This document shows positions 27,345 through 37,491 of a stretch of 64,000 bases of DNA, one piece after another (position 1 is the first letter of the stretch; each line of letters opens with the position of its first letter). The position numbers and the translations under genes are program-made. This stretch comes from Opitutia bacterium (GTDB taxonomy: Bacteria > Verrucomicrobiota > Verrucomicrobiia > Opitutales > Seribacteraceae). The notes beneath the pieces are model-generated. The model did not search any database, was not told where the DNA came from, and was given only the letters and a program-made list of their open reading frames with translations. Location of the stretch: assembly GCA_002694035.1 (NCBI GenBank), contig NZKY01000028.1:659-64658 (forward strand), in the 5' to 3' direction.

Positions 27345-28769
27345 TTACTCAAATCTCACTCGTGGATCAACCAAAGCGACTAACGCATCCGAAAGAATAT
27401 TACCCAAAAGCATAAGGGTAGCTGATAGTGTGAGGATTCCCATTACTACAGGATAATCTCGGTCTATTACAGAATTAAAGCCAAGCAAGCCGAATCCATC
27501 GATATCAAAAATCGTTTCGATTAGAAAAGAACCGGTCACAAATAGCGTAATTTGATGACCCACATTTGTGGCAATTGGCACGAGTGAATTTCTTAAGGCA
27601 TGCTTGCGAACCGCAATTTTAAATGAAACTCCTTTGGCCATAGCTGTACGGACATAATCTGCCGATAAGTTATCCATCAAATGATTTTTCATAAGCATGG
27701 TAACAAAAGCAAAACCACCAATTAAATAACAGCACAAAGGCTGAAATGTATGAAGTATGAGGTCTGCAAATTTTCCCCAAGCAGTCAATTGATCAAAGTC
27801 CTCACTGACTAATCCCCCCATTGGTAAAAGGTCCAAACTCACAGATAAAAACAGAAGCAGAAGAGAACCAAGAGCGTACCCCGGCACGGCATAACCAACA
27901 AAAATTAAAATTGATGTCAGATCATCCGAAAGTTGATTATGACGAACCGCTTTAAACACGCCCAGCGGGATACAAATTATGTAGGTTATAATAAAGGTAA
28001 GAATACCAAAATAAGTGGAGACAGGCAGACGTTCAGAAATAACCTGCAAAACAGACTCACCATATCTTGTTGACTGACCAAAATTTCCCTGAAGGACTCC
28101 TTCATAACGGGTCATAAAAAGTTCGGCTATAGGTGCCGATTTTTGAACTTCATTACCTTCTTCTCTCATTCTAACTGTCCAATTTCCAAGAAGTTCAGCA
28201 TCGTTAAGAAGTTTCACTTCACCTTGATCATTCCTACGCAAGTGAATTCTTTCTCTTGCACCCTCAACTAAAGAATCGATTTGACCGGCCTCAAGGGCAT
28301 CGATCTCTCCATCCTGATTTCGATCAATTTTATCAAATTTCACATATCTCGATATTTTTTTAGGTATCTCGCCTCGCTGAACATATCCATCTCCATTCCA
28401 ATCTAGTTCAGCGAGTTGAAAATCTGGAATTCTTACCCTCTCTGAAATTTCGAACTCAAAATTTGAAAAGCGGATTTGCCGAAATTCGGTTTCCCTAGGC
28501 ATAACGCCAAGCCAAATTAAGTATGCCTCCCAATGTGGCTTATCAAATCCATATAATCGCTTCATTTGCTCCATTTGATCCTGTGAAAGCGATTGGTCTG
28601 AGCCCATTCCTTGACCTCCTCCTCCATCCTGCGAAACTTGCTGCATTTGCATCATCGCCTGCTCCAAAGGACCTCCGGGAGCCAACCTGGTAATAGCGAA
28701 AACCAAGACACTAATACCAAAAAGGGTTGGAGGAATTAAAAGCAGGCGTCGAAGAAAGTAATCTCGCAT
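27345..28769 (-). CDS. ABC transporter permease (YejB/OppB-like) with inserted EF-hand pair
   Basis: YFLRRLLLIPPTLFGI, LAPGGPLEQA, YVRTAMAKGVS, DRDYPVVMG...DPRVRFE. The enlarged first loop contains DWNGDGYVQRGE and DRNQDGEIDALE. Confidence 0.92.
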   Translation of the reverse strand: MRDYFLRRLLLIPPTLFGISVLVFAITRLAPGGPLEQAMMQMQQVSQDGGGGQGMGSDQSLSQDQMEQMKRLYGFDKPHWEAYLIWLGVMPRETEFRQIRFSNFEFEISERVRIPDFQLAELDWNGDGYVQRGEIPKKISRYVKFDKIDRNQDGEIDALEAGQIDSLVEGARERIHLRRNDQGEVKLLNDAELLGNWTVRMREEGNEVQKSAPIAELFMTRYEGVLQGNFGQSTRYGESVLQVISERLPVSTYFGILTFIITYIICIPLGVFKAVRHNQLSDDLTSILIFVGYAVPGYALGSLLLLFLSVSLDLLPMGGLVSEDFDQLTAWGKFADLILHTFQPLCCYLIGGFAFVTMLMKNHLMDNLSADYVRTAMAKGVSFKIAVRKHALRNSLVPIATNVGHQITLFVTGSFLIETIFDIDGFGLLGFNSVIDRDYPVVMGILTLSATLMLLGNILSDALVALVDPRVRFE

Positions 28770-28914
28770 GTCAAAAGAGAATTTTTATACACCTTATCGA
28801 AAACGAGCAAACGCAAAGAATCATGATTATTTTTTGATCTAATGCAATCGATACAGTTTTGCTTGCCAAGTTATAAGCTGTTGGCACTTTTCATATTATT
28901 AAATCATTTCTTAC

Positions 28915-30559
28915 ATGGATTAAATCGAAGAGAAACTTCTTCAATCTTTGTTTAACTGGACCGTGCTTTGTTTTCTTTGGCTCATGCTCCAGCCCCAGCA
29001 ATGTGGAAAAAGCAATAGACGAAAAAATTCTCCATTTTGGATTGGGTTCAGAGCCCCAATACCTAGATCCCCATCTTGCAAACAGCGTTTCGGCTCACAA
29101 TGTGATCATTGCCCTTATAGAAGGGCTCGTTAGCGAAGACCCAGAAACCCTCAAACCCATCCCAGGAGTTGCTGAAAAATGGGAAGTTTCAGAAGATGGA
29201 TTGGTTTACACATTTCATCTACGAAAAAATGCCAAATGGAGTAACGGTGATCCTGTTACTGCTCAGGATTTCGTGTTCTCTTATAAAAGAATTTTAAACC
29301 CAGAACTCGCATCTCAATATGCGAGCATGCTCCACGGGCTCAAAAATGCCAGAAAATATCATGAAGAAGGGATCCCTTGGGACGAAGCCAAAGTGGGAGC
29401 TATTGCAATTGACAAACATACACTCCAATTGACTCTTGAAAATCCCACGCCTTATTTCCTTGAACTCCTAAATCACTACAGTTGGTTTCCAGCTCACCCT
29501 CCAACCATTAAGAAATTCGATGCTTTTGGAAAACAGGGGACGGCTTGGACCCGCCCAGGAAATTATATTGGAAATGGGCCTTTCGTTCTCTCTGATCATA
29601 AAGTGAATTCAGTGATCGAAGTGAAAAAAAATCCTCTCTACTGGGATTCAAATACCGTCTCATTAGAAGGAATTCGTTTCTATCCGATTGAAAGTGCGGA
29701 CACTGAAGAACGAGCTTTTCGTTCAGGTTTTCTTCACCTTACTCAAACCGTCTCTCCTGATCGTATAGATTTCCTTAAAACAAATCATCCAAATTTAATT
29801 CATTTTGAATCGTATTTGGGAACCTACTTCTACCGATTTAATGTTGAGGAACCGCCCTTTGATGATGTGCGAGTTCGCCTAGCTTTCAATTTGGCAACCG
29901 ATCGTCAAGCCATCGTTGAAAAAGTGACCAAAGGCGGTCAGCTACCAGCCCTTTGTTTTACGCCACCTGGTACAGGTGGTTTTTCTCCTACGTCAAGATT
30001 CCGATTTGATCCTCAAAAAGCGCAATCTTTGATTCAGGAATATCTGGAAGAAAAAGGTTTGAAATCTCTCCCAAAAATTGAATTGAAGTATAACACTTCA
30101 GAAGGACATAAAAAAGTTGCTGAAGCTCTTCAAGGAATGTGGAAGAGCCATTTGGGAGCTGAGATTCAACTTCTAAATATGGAGTGGAAAGTTTTTCTTT
30201 CCACCATCGCCAAACGAGACTTTTCCCTCGCCCGTGCCGGATGGATTGGGGACTATGTTGACGCAAACACTTTTCTCCATATGTGGAGAACAGGCGACGG
30301 CCACAATAACACTGGATGGTCAAACAGCCGATATGATGAACTCCTTGAACTTGCAGCTCAGGAATCTGATACCAAAAAAAGATTTTCTTATTTTGAAGAG
30401 TGCGAAAAATTAATAGCTGAAAATGCACCTATCCTTCCCATCTATTTTTATGTCCATGTGACTCTAAGAAGCCCTACTGTTAAAGGATGGTACCCCACCC
30501 TTTTAGACCACCATCCTTATAAATATGTCCGCCTTGAAAAATCGGAAGAGAATAACTGA
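28915..30559 (+). CDS. oppA: Peptide ABC transporter substrate-binding lipoprotein; 5' end anomalous (ATG 28915 is one base out of frame with the signal peptide)
   Basis: GSEPQYLDPH, PGVAEKWEVSEDGLVYTFHLR, WSNGDPVTAQDF, GNGPF, RAGWIGDY. Upstream of GTG 29003 the frame reads IKSKRNFFNLCLTGPCFVFFGSC with no in-frame ATG/GTG/TTG. Confidence 0.88.
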
Positions 30560-31476
30560 TGGTTAAATTTATTCTTGTCCGAATTCTCCAAGCTATTCCA
30601 ACGCTTTTCCTGATTGCAACGCTTACTTTTTTCATGACTAGAATGGCACCTGGTGGACCGTTTGACTCCGAAAAAAATATCCCTGACGAAATCAAGGAGA
30701 AGCTTGAAGCACACTTCGGACTGGACAAACCACTACATGAACAATTCATCCTGTACATAAATAATTTATTGCAAGGAGATTTAGGTCCATCCTTTAAGTA
30801 CATGGGATGGGATGTTTCGGAACTTATCGCAAAGGCATTTCCCGTTTCTGCTCAACTTGGTATTCTTTCCTTATGCATTGCTCTACTAATGGGACTCCCA
30901 GCAGGTATCATTGCAGCGCTTCGTAAAAATTCGTCTTATGATTATTTTCTGATGATTTCAGCAATGCTTGGAATCTGTCTTCCCACTTTTGTCCTTGGCC
31001 CTCTATTGATTTTAATTTTTTCATCTTGGCTAGGCTGGCTTCCCCCACTCGGATGGTATTCCTTTTCAGACATGATCTTGCCCTCATTGACTCTTGGCCT
31101 TTTCTATGCTGCCTACATTGCTAGGCTTACCAGGGCTGGCATGCTTGAAACTCTTAATCAAGACTACATTCGTACAGCACGAGCAAAAGGAGCTTCACCC
31201 ATACGGGTCGTTCTATGCCATGCTCTTAAGGGTGGTCTTCTTCCTGTGGTTACTTTTCTTGGGCCTGCCTTTGCCGGATTAATTAGCGGTTCTTTTATTA
31301 TAGAAAGTATTTTTTTTATACCAGGCTTGGGAAGGTTTTTTGTAACCGCTGCCTTCAATCGTGATTATACAATGGTTCTGGGTACTGTACTTTTTTATGC
31401 CTGTCTAATCATAATTCTAAATCTTGTGGTCGATATTATCCAGGCCAGCCTTGACCCAAAATCAAGAGGGAGATGA
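30559..31476 (+). CDS. oppB: Oligopeptide ABC permease
   Basis: MAPGGPFDSEK, GDLGPSFKY, YIRTARAKGA, NRDYTMVLG. Confidence 0.93.
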   Translation: MVKFILVRILQAIPTLFLIATLTFFMTRMAPGGPFDSEKNIPDEIKEKLEAHFGLDKPLHEQFILYINNLLQGDLGPSFKYMGWDVSELIAKAFPVSAQLGILSLCIALLMGLPAGIIAALRKNSSYDYFLMISAMLGICLPTFVLGPLLILIFSSWLGWLPPLGWYSFSDMILPSLTLGLFYAAYIARLTRAGMLETLNQDYIRTARAKGASPIRVVLCHALKGGLLPVVTFLGPAFAGLISGSFIIESIFFIPGLGRFFVTAAFNRDYTMVLGTVLFYACLIIILNLVVDIIQASLDPKSRGR

Positions 31477-32369
31477 GTATCGAAAACACCAAAGTTCAAA
31501 ATTTGATTTCATCATCTACTAAAAGCTCATCACTTTGGCGAGATGCATGGATTAGACTTCGGGCAAATCGCCTCGCCGCCCTTAGTCTTTTCTTTTTTGT
31601 CCTTGTCTCAATTCTTACAATTATTGGTCCTGAAATTATCTCTACCAGTTACGATGAACAGGATCTCAACAATACTTTTGCAGCACCTGGATCGACTCAT
31701 CTTTTTGGAACAGATAATTTAGGAAGAGATCTGTTCGCCCGCGTGCTTCACGGCGGAAGAATTTCTCTAGCAGTTGGATTTCTGGCAACTGCAGTTTCTT
31801 TGATCATTGGAGTAGCCTATGGGATGACCTCTGGATATCTTGGAGGCAAAATGGATGCCTTAATGATGAGGATTGTAGATATTCTTTATTCGTTACCCTT
31901 TACTATTTTTGTGATTCTTTTGATGGTCCTTTTTGGTCGAAATTTTGTTCTGCTCTTTATTGCTATTGGTGCAGTGGAATGGCTTACCATGGCACGAATT
32001 ACCCGAGGGCAAACCCTGAGTCTCAAACAGGCAGAATTTATAGAGTCGGCTCGGGCACTTGGATATTCCCACAAACGTATACTCTTTCGTCATATTCTCC
32101 CAAACTTGATCGGACCGGTTATTGTTTATGCAACACTAACCGTTCCTGCGGTGATGCTACTTGAAGCGGTTCTAAGCTTTTTAGGGCTGGGAGTACAAGC
32201 ACCTATGAGCTCATGGGGTAGTCTGATTAAGGAAGGATCCGAAAAAATGGATATTGCACCCTGGCTGATATTCTTCCCTGGTCTTTTCTTTTCCCTAACT
32301 CTACTCGCACTTAATTTTCTCGGAGATGGGTTGCGGGATGCACTTGATCCAAAATCTGCAAAAGATTAA
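31473..32369 (+). CDS. oppC: Oligopeptide ABC permease
   Basis: LWRDAWIRLRANR, FGTDNLGRD, FIESARALG, NFLGDGLRDALDPK. Confidence 0.93.
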   Translation: MSIENTKVQNLISSSTKSSSLWRDAWIRLRANRLAALSLFFFVLVSILTIIGPEIISTSYDEQDLNNTFAAPGSTHLFGTDNLGRDLFARVLHGGRISLAVGFLATAVSLIIGVAYGMTSGYLGGKMDALMMRIVDILYSLPFTIFVILLMVLFGRNFVLLFIAIGAVEWLTMARITRGQTLSLKQAEFIESARALGYSHKRILFRHILPNLIGPVIVYATLTVPAVMLLEAVLSFLGLGVQAPMSSWGSLIKEGSEKMDIAPWLIFFPGLFFSLTLLALNFLGDGLRDALDPKSAKD

Positions 32370-34108
32370 TGAACTTTCTAGAGATCAAAAATCTTAAGAC
32401 TTTTTTCCATACCCGCTCGGGGACAGTACGGGCGGTTGACGACATCTCGCTAACCATTCGAAAAGGTGAAATTGTAGGTATTGTTGGAGAATCAGGATCT
32501 GGTAAGTCAGTTACTTGTCATACTATGCTAGGACTTCTTCCCCAGCCTCCAGCCCGGATCGAAGGAGGAAGTATACACTTTCATGGAGATGACCTTGTGA
32601 ACTTACCCCATTCTGCTCTAAGGGCTATACGAGGAAAGCGAATTTCTATGGTCTTTCAGGATCCTATGAGCTGCCTCAATCCATTCATGACAATTCTCGA
32701 GCAGGTAGCGGAACCGCTCATTATTCATGACAACTTATCTCTTGAAGAGGCGGAGAAACAGGCTATTGAAATGATGGAAAAAGTGGGGATTCGAGACGCA
32801 GAGAAAAGAGCTCGTTCCTATCCCCATGAATTTTCCGGAGGTATGCGCCAGCGCGTTATGATTGCCATGGCTTTGGTCACCAAACCAGATCTCTTGCTGG
32901 CAGATGAACCAACCACCGCACTAGATGTAACCGTTCAGGCAAGAATCCTGAAAATTTTAAGATCCCTCCGTGAGGAATTGGATGTTTCCGTTCTTTTTAT
33001 CACTCACGATTTAGGGGTAGTTGCAGAGATTGCGGATCGTATTGTGGTTATGTATCGAGGAAAAGTCGTTGAGCAGGGAGAAGTTAAAGAAATTTTTTCC
33101 AATCCAAAACATCCTTATGTGAAAGGGCTTCTTGCATGCAGGCCCACACTGGACTGCAAATATGGGACTCTTCCCACAGTTGATGACTTCTTGGAAACAA
33201 TTGAGCATGAGAACGGTGCTATTGAAATTCGTGAAAAGAAAAATATTGAAAACACCCTTCAAAAATTAGTTGAAACGAAAAAAAACTCTGAAAAAGAACA
33301 ATCTGATCCTTTAGTTGAAGTACAAAATCTCACCGTTCGTTTTCGTTCCTCTAAAGGATTCATAGGGGAAAAAACAGAGGATGTACTTGCCGTGGATGGT
33401 ATTGATTTAACCATTCAGAAAGGAAAGACGCTCGGCCTTGTGGGCGAATCAGGTTGTGGTAAAACTTCTACAGGACGAGCCATTCTCCACTTGATCAGAC
33501 CGACAAGTGGAGAAATTTTATATGAGGGAAAATCACTTGGGAAACTCCCTGCGGAAAACCTAATTGAATATCGGAAAAAGATGCAAATTATCTTTCAGGA
33601 TCCATATGCTTCTCTTAATCCGAGACTTACAATTGAGCAAACACTGACTGAGCCCATGCAGGTACATAATATCGACAATAATAATTCAAGTCGACGAGAA
33701 CGGGTTGTAAGCATTCTTGAAGAAGTTGGGCTTTCCTCAGATCATCTTCTACGATACCCACATGAATTTTCCGGAGGGCAAAGACAGCGTATCTGCGTAG
33801 CCAGAGCACTTGCGGTTGAGCCTGAATTTATCGTTTGCGATGAATGTGTTTCAGCAATGGATGTGTCCATTCAAGCACAAGTCCTCAATCTCTTACAAGA
33901 ACTGCAAAGAAAAAGGCAGCTCACATATTTATTTATTTCTCATGACCTCTCAGTGGTAAAATTTATTTCAGATGATGTGGCCGTGATGCAAGCTGGAAAG
34001 ATTATCGAATTTGGAAAAGCTTCAGATGTCTATACTCATCCAAAAGAAAACTACACCAGAGACTTAATTGATGCAATTCCATCCCCTTACAACTTAGTTA
34101 AGGATTAG
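32369..34108 (+). CDS. Peptide ABC transporter fused double ATPase (YejF/GsiA-like)
   Basis: Two NBDs: GESGSGKS...FSGGMRQR and GESGCGKT...FSGGQRQR. Confidence 0.93.
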   Translation: MNFLEIKNLKTFFHTRSGTVRAVDDISLTIRKGEIVGIVGESGSGKSVTCHTMLGLLPQPPARIEGGSIHFHGDDLVNLPHSALRAIRGKRISMVFQDPMSCLNPFMTILEQVAEPLIIHDNLSLEEAEKQAIEMMEKVGIRDAEKRARSYPHEFSGGMRQRVMIAMALVTKPDLLLADEPTTALDVTVQARILKILRSLREELDVSVLFITHDLGVVAEIADRIVVMYRGKVVEQGEVKEIFSNPKHPYVKGLLACRPTLDCKYGTLPTVDDFLETIEHENGAIEIREKKNIENTLQKLVETKKNSEKEQSDPLVEVQNLTVRFRSSKGFIGEKTEDVLAVDGIDLTIQKGKTLGLVGESGCGKTSTGRAILHLIRPTSGEILYEGKSLGKLPAENLIEYRKKMQIIFQDPYASLNPRLTIEQTLTEPMQVHNIDNNNSSRRERVVSILEEVGLSSDHLLRYPHEFSGGQRQRICVARALAVEPEFIVCDECVSAMDVSIQAQVLNLLQELQRKRQLTYLFISHDLSVVKFISDDVAVMQAGKIIEFGKASDVYTHPKENYTRDLIDAIPSPYNLVKD

Positions 34109-34959
34109 GAATCAAGTCGTTTCACCTGTACATCCACCTTCATACTTTCCGGTAACCTCCCAAAATAAGTTCCGGTTACTGGAGAAACATCTCTGTAATC
34201 ACGACCTGAACCAATTATTACATAATTGTCATCAACAACACGATTATTTGTCGGATCAAGTCCGAACCAACCACTCCCATTAACTAAAACTTCCAACCAA
34301 GCATGGGAAGCTCCGGAACCTCTCATACTTTGATCACGAGTTGGATCATAAAAATAACCACTTACATACCTGGCAGGAATACCAAGGCAACGGCACAATG
34401 CGATTCCAGCATGTGCAAAATCCTGACAAACGCCTTTTTTTCTTTCAAGCACCTCATTCGCATGCGTATTTACGCTGGTGGTAGAAACACAATACTCAAA
34501 ATTTAAATAGATATATTCCATAATTTGATATGCAGTCTGGAAAACATCCTTTGAATTCTCCTGTATGTCTACCGCCATTCGCCATATTCCCGGACTGATA
34601 TCTATGAAATTTGAGCTTTGCAAATACGGTCGACAATTTGGATTTCCCTCCACTTCGTGCAATGATTTCATCGTCGCCCCATAGGGAAGGTTATCAAAAT
34701 CAACCCGCTTTTGTGTGCCCACCGTAGAACGACTCTCTATTAACAGTTTTGAATGATCATTCGGTATTTCAAAATGATGAACAAGATTTCCGTTTAAATC
34801 CAGATACTGACGAACTTGAGTAGTTGGTAGAACGCTTACAAAGCATGACTCACAGCTTTGCCAATCATTTGTAAGGGGATGAAGGCGAAGCTCATTGAAA
34901 CTTTCGCAAACTGGAGATGGATATCGGTAGTGTGTCTTATGTAATATATAGAGACGCAT
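34105..34959 (-). CDS. Transglutaminase family protein (bacterial N-terminal domain + catalytic core)
   Basis: HKTHYRY N-terminus; GVCQDFAH (catalytic Cys), SHAWLE, DPTN, GRDYRDVSP. Confidence 0.92.
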   Translation of the reverse strand: MRLYILHKTHYRYPSPVCESFNELRLHPLTNDWQSCESCFVSVLPTTQVRQYLDLNGNLVHHFEIPNDHSKLLIESRSTVGTQKRVDFDNLPYGATMKSLHEVEGNPNCRPYLQSSNFIDISPGIWRMAVDIQENSKDVFQTAYQIMEYIYLNFEYCVSTTSVNTHANEVLERKKGVCQDFAHAGIALCRCLGIPARYVSGYFYDPTRDQSMRGSGASHAWLEVLVNGSGWFGLDPTNNRVVDDNYVIIGSGRDYRDVSPVTGTYFGRLPESMKVDVQVKRLDS

Positions 34960-34973
34960 AAGCCGCCACTTAT

Positions 34974-35948
34974 CTATTGCTGTTGCATTTGTCGTTGAGC
35001 CATTGGTGCAACTCCAGCGTTCTTTATTTCAAAAGGTAAAAGTACATAAGTCTCAAAAATACTTTGTCCAACTTCTATAAGTTTTCTTTGTAAATGATCG
35101 ATGGATTCATGCAAACCATCAGCGAGCAATGATTCAATTCCTGAGAAGTTGAGCTGGGCAAGAGCACTACCCGTTAACCTCTCCGCTTCGTTGGAAAAAT
35201 TCCCGGATGGAACCCCCGAAATTTCATGGAGTAAAGTGTCTATTCGGGAAACGGCAAACCTCAAGGATCTAGGAAAATCGCGGGAAAACAAAAGAAAATC
35301 TGCCACATTACGAAGAGACAGAGCACCTTGGTATTGACGACGATATGCTGACAAGGCACTGCAACTTCGCAAAGCTCCAATCAAGTCTAAGCGAGTCGGT
35401 TCTTCTCCAAGCATTGTAAGAGTATCTATGACTCGGCTTGTCTGATCCGATCTTTCAAGATATCTCCCAAGCGACATGAAACGCCATCCTTCATCATGAT
35501 GAATTGTAGCATCAGAAAGCCCTTGAAAAACCAGAGAAAAACGGATTGTCCGTCTAAAAAAATTTTCTGGATCTGATCGAAATTTTTCTGGAAATGTCGA
35601 AGAATTCAAGAAGAGATATAGATTATTCAATTCTACCCAAATTTCTTCAGATAATTGATCACGTACCATTCTAGCATTTTCACGAGCCATATTGATGCAG
35701 GTCAAAACTGAGCTCGACCATTTCTTGGAAAATAAAATGAATAACTCATGATCATCAATTTCATCATTTGCAAAATCATCAACCGCACACATCGCACAAA
35801 GTGCAGATTGCCAGTAATCACGCTTAATTTCACTTGCATAAAATTCAAGATCAGTATCACGATTTACTTCGACAAGACGTGTCACACCTTCGGCTCGCTC
35901 GACGTAACGGCTCATCCAGTAAAGATTATCTGCAACTCTTGAAAGCAT
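34974..35948 (-). CDS. Alpha-E domain protein (DUF403)
   Basis: MLSRVADNLYWMSRYVERAE, ARENARMVR, LGRYLERSDQTSR, FPRSLRF. Confidence 0.92.
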   Translation of the reverse strand: MLSRVADNLYWMSRYVERAEGVTRLVEVNRDTDLEFYASEIKRDYWQSALCAMCAVDDFANDEIDDHELFILFSKKWSSSVLTCINMARENARMVRDQLSEEIWVELNNLYLFLNSSTFPEKFRSDPENFFRRTIRFSLVFQGLSDATIHHDEGWRFMSLGRYLERSDQTSRVIDTLTMLGEEPTRLDLIGALRSCSALSAYRRQYQGALSLRNVADFLLFSRDFPRSLRFAVSRIDTLLHEISGVPSGNFSNEAERLTGSALAQLNFSGIESLLADGLHESIDHLQRKLIEVGQSIFETYVLLPFEIKNAGVAPMAQRQMQQQ

Positions 35949-35949
35949 C

Positions 35950-37398
35950 TTAATTACTTAGAACCCATGTATCTTTACTCCCGCCTCCCTGTGAAGAATT
36001 AACAACCAAGGAATTTTTTTCAAGAGCAACCCGCGTGAGCCCGCCAGGCACAATCTCAATATCTTCGCCATATAGTATAAAAGGTCTTAAGTCGATATGC
36101 CTACCTTCAACTCCATGAGGGCAAAAGGTAGGATGTCTCGAGAGCGAGATTATAGGTTGTGCAATATAATCTCGAGGGTTATCTTTTATTCGAGAAGCAA
36201 ACTCCTCTCTTTCTTTTTGAGTTGAAATATTTCCAATAAGCATCCCATAACCTCCCGACTCATTCGCCGACTTTACGACGAGCTCAGAAAGATTTTCCAA
36301 AACAAACTTTCTGTCTTTCTCACGCCAGCATAAATATGTGGGGACTTGCTCAATCATTGGATCCTGCCCCAAATAATAATGTATCATCTCTGGAACATAT
36401 GCATAAGTAACTTTATCATCAACCACGCCGGTTCCAATACCATTTGCAATGGCAACATTACCCTTGAGATAAGCATCCATTAATCCACTTACACCAAGTA
36501 AAGAATTTTTATTGAAAAAAAGTGGATCGAGAAATTCATCATCCAACCTTCGATAAATCACATCCACTTGAACCAATCCTTGAGTCGTCCGCATGTAGAC
36601 AAACCCGTCAATGGCAATCAAATCTTTACCTTCAACAATTTCAATACCCATTTGCCGAGCAAGAAAAGTATGCTCAAAGTACGCACTGTTGTAAACCCCT
36701 GGAGTTAAGAGTACACAAACAGGCTTTTGTAATTTTCGCGGGGTTAAGTTTTCAAGCGACCTAAGAAGAATTTCCGGATATTCTTCGACTGATCGGACTG
36801 ACATTTTTTGATAAGTGCGAGGAAATGTTTTTTTCATAATCTCTCGATTCTCCAAAAGATAGGACGCACCGGATGGACAACGAGCGTTGTCTTCTAAAAC
36901 TAAATATTTTCCTTTTTCGTCTCTTATCAGATCAGACCCACAAACATGAATATAAATATCTTGTGGTACATCAAATCCAACCATTTCTTTTCTGAAGTGT
37001 GCTGATGTCTTTACAACTTCCTCAGGAATCACGCCATCAGAGATAATCTTTCCTCCATGATAAACATCATTAAGAAAAAGATTGAGGGCAAGGATACGCT
37101 GTCGTAAGCCCTGCTCGACTTTTTGCCACTCCTTGTCGGGAATTACACGAGGGACCAAATCGAATGGAAATATTCGCTCAGTTCCAATGTCATCCCCATA
37201 AACAGTAAAAGTAACCCCATGTTCAAGAAATGATGAATCCGCTTGCTTTTTCTTTTGCTCAAACTCGCTCTCTGTCAAATCAGTTATACGATCATATATT
37301 GGTTTATAAAATTCGAAGATGTTCGAATCATTTGAATTGCCAAACATTTCATCGAAGAAATTTTCTGTTTGATAATTCTCAAAAGTATTGGGGTTCAT
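35950..37398 (-). CDS. Circularly permuted type 2 ATP-grasp protein (DUF404)
   Basis: ERIFPFDLVPR, VLEDNARCPSGASY, NSAYFEH, YRRLDD, GGYGMLIG, PGGLTRVAL, VVNSSQGGGSKDTWV. Confidence 0.95.
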   Translation of the reverse strand: MNPNTFENYQTENFFDEMFGNSNDSNIFEFYKPIYDRITDLTESEFEQKKKQADSSFLEHGVTFTVYGDDIGTERIFPFDLVPRVIPDKEWQKVEQGLRQRILALNLFLNDVYHGGKIISDGVIPEEVVKTSAHFRKEMVGFDVPQDIYIHVCGSDLIRDEKGKYLVLEDNARCPSGASYLLENREIMKKTFPRTYQKMSVRSVEEYPEILLRSLENLTPRKLQKPVCVLLTPGVYNSAYFEHTFLARQMGIEIVEGKDLIAIDGFVYMRTTQGLVQVDVIYRRLDDEFLDPLFFNKNSLLGVSGLMDAYLKGNVAIANGIGTGVVDDKVTYAYVPEMIHYYLGQDPMIEQVPTYLCWREKDRKFVLENLSELVVKSANESGGYGMLIGNISTQKEREEFASRIKDNPRDYIAQPIISLSRHPTFCPHGVEGRHIDLRPFILYGEDIEIVPGGLTRVALEKNSLVVNSSQGGGSKDTWVLSN

Positions 37399-37426
37399 GA
37401 CTCGAATTAATTTGCATTAATAATTG

Positions 37427-37442
37427 TGCAAATTTTGTGCCA
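37427..37442 (-). promoter_or_regulatory. Sigma54 (RpoN) -24/-12 promoter of the ATP-grasp operon
   Basis: Minus strand reads TGGCAC-AAAAT-TTGCA, a match to the TGGCAC-N5-TTGCW consensus with GG-N10-GC spacing; -12 element is 30 nt upstream of ATG 37398. Confidence 0.85.
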
Positions 37443-37491
37443 TTCATTTATCAGGCAATCAAAATTATCTGATTTTGTTCTTAATTCTTAA

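Noticed and set aside
28882-28897. TGGCAC upstream of oppA as a sigma54 promoter
   Set aside because: The -12 position reads AT rather than GC.
29988-30803. Antisense ORFs of 100-146 aa over oppA/oppB, and similar shadows elsewhere (e.g. 9260-9580, 13125-13496, 42862-43137, 45882-46343, 54926-55309)
   Set aside because: Fully nested in well-supported genes with no recognisable motifs.
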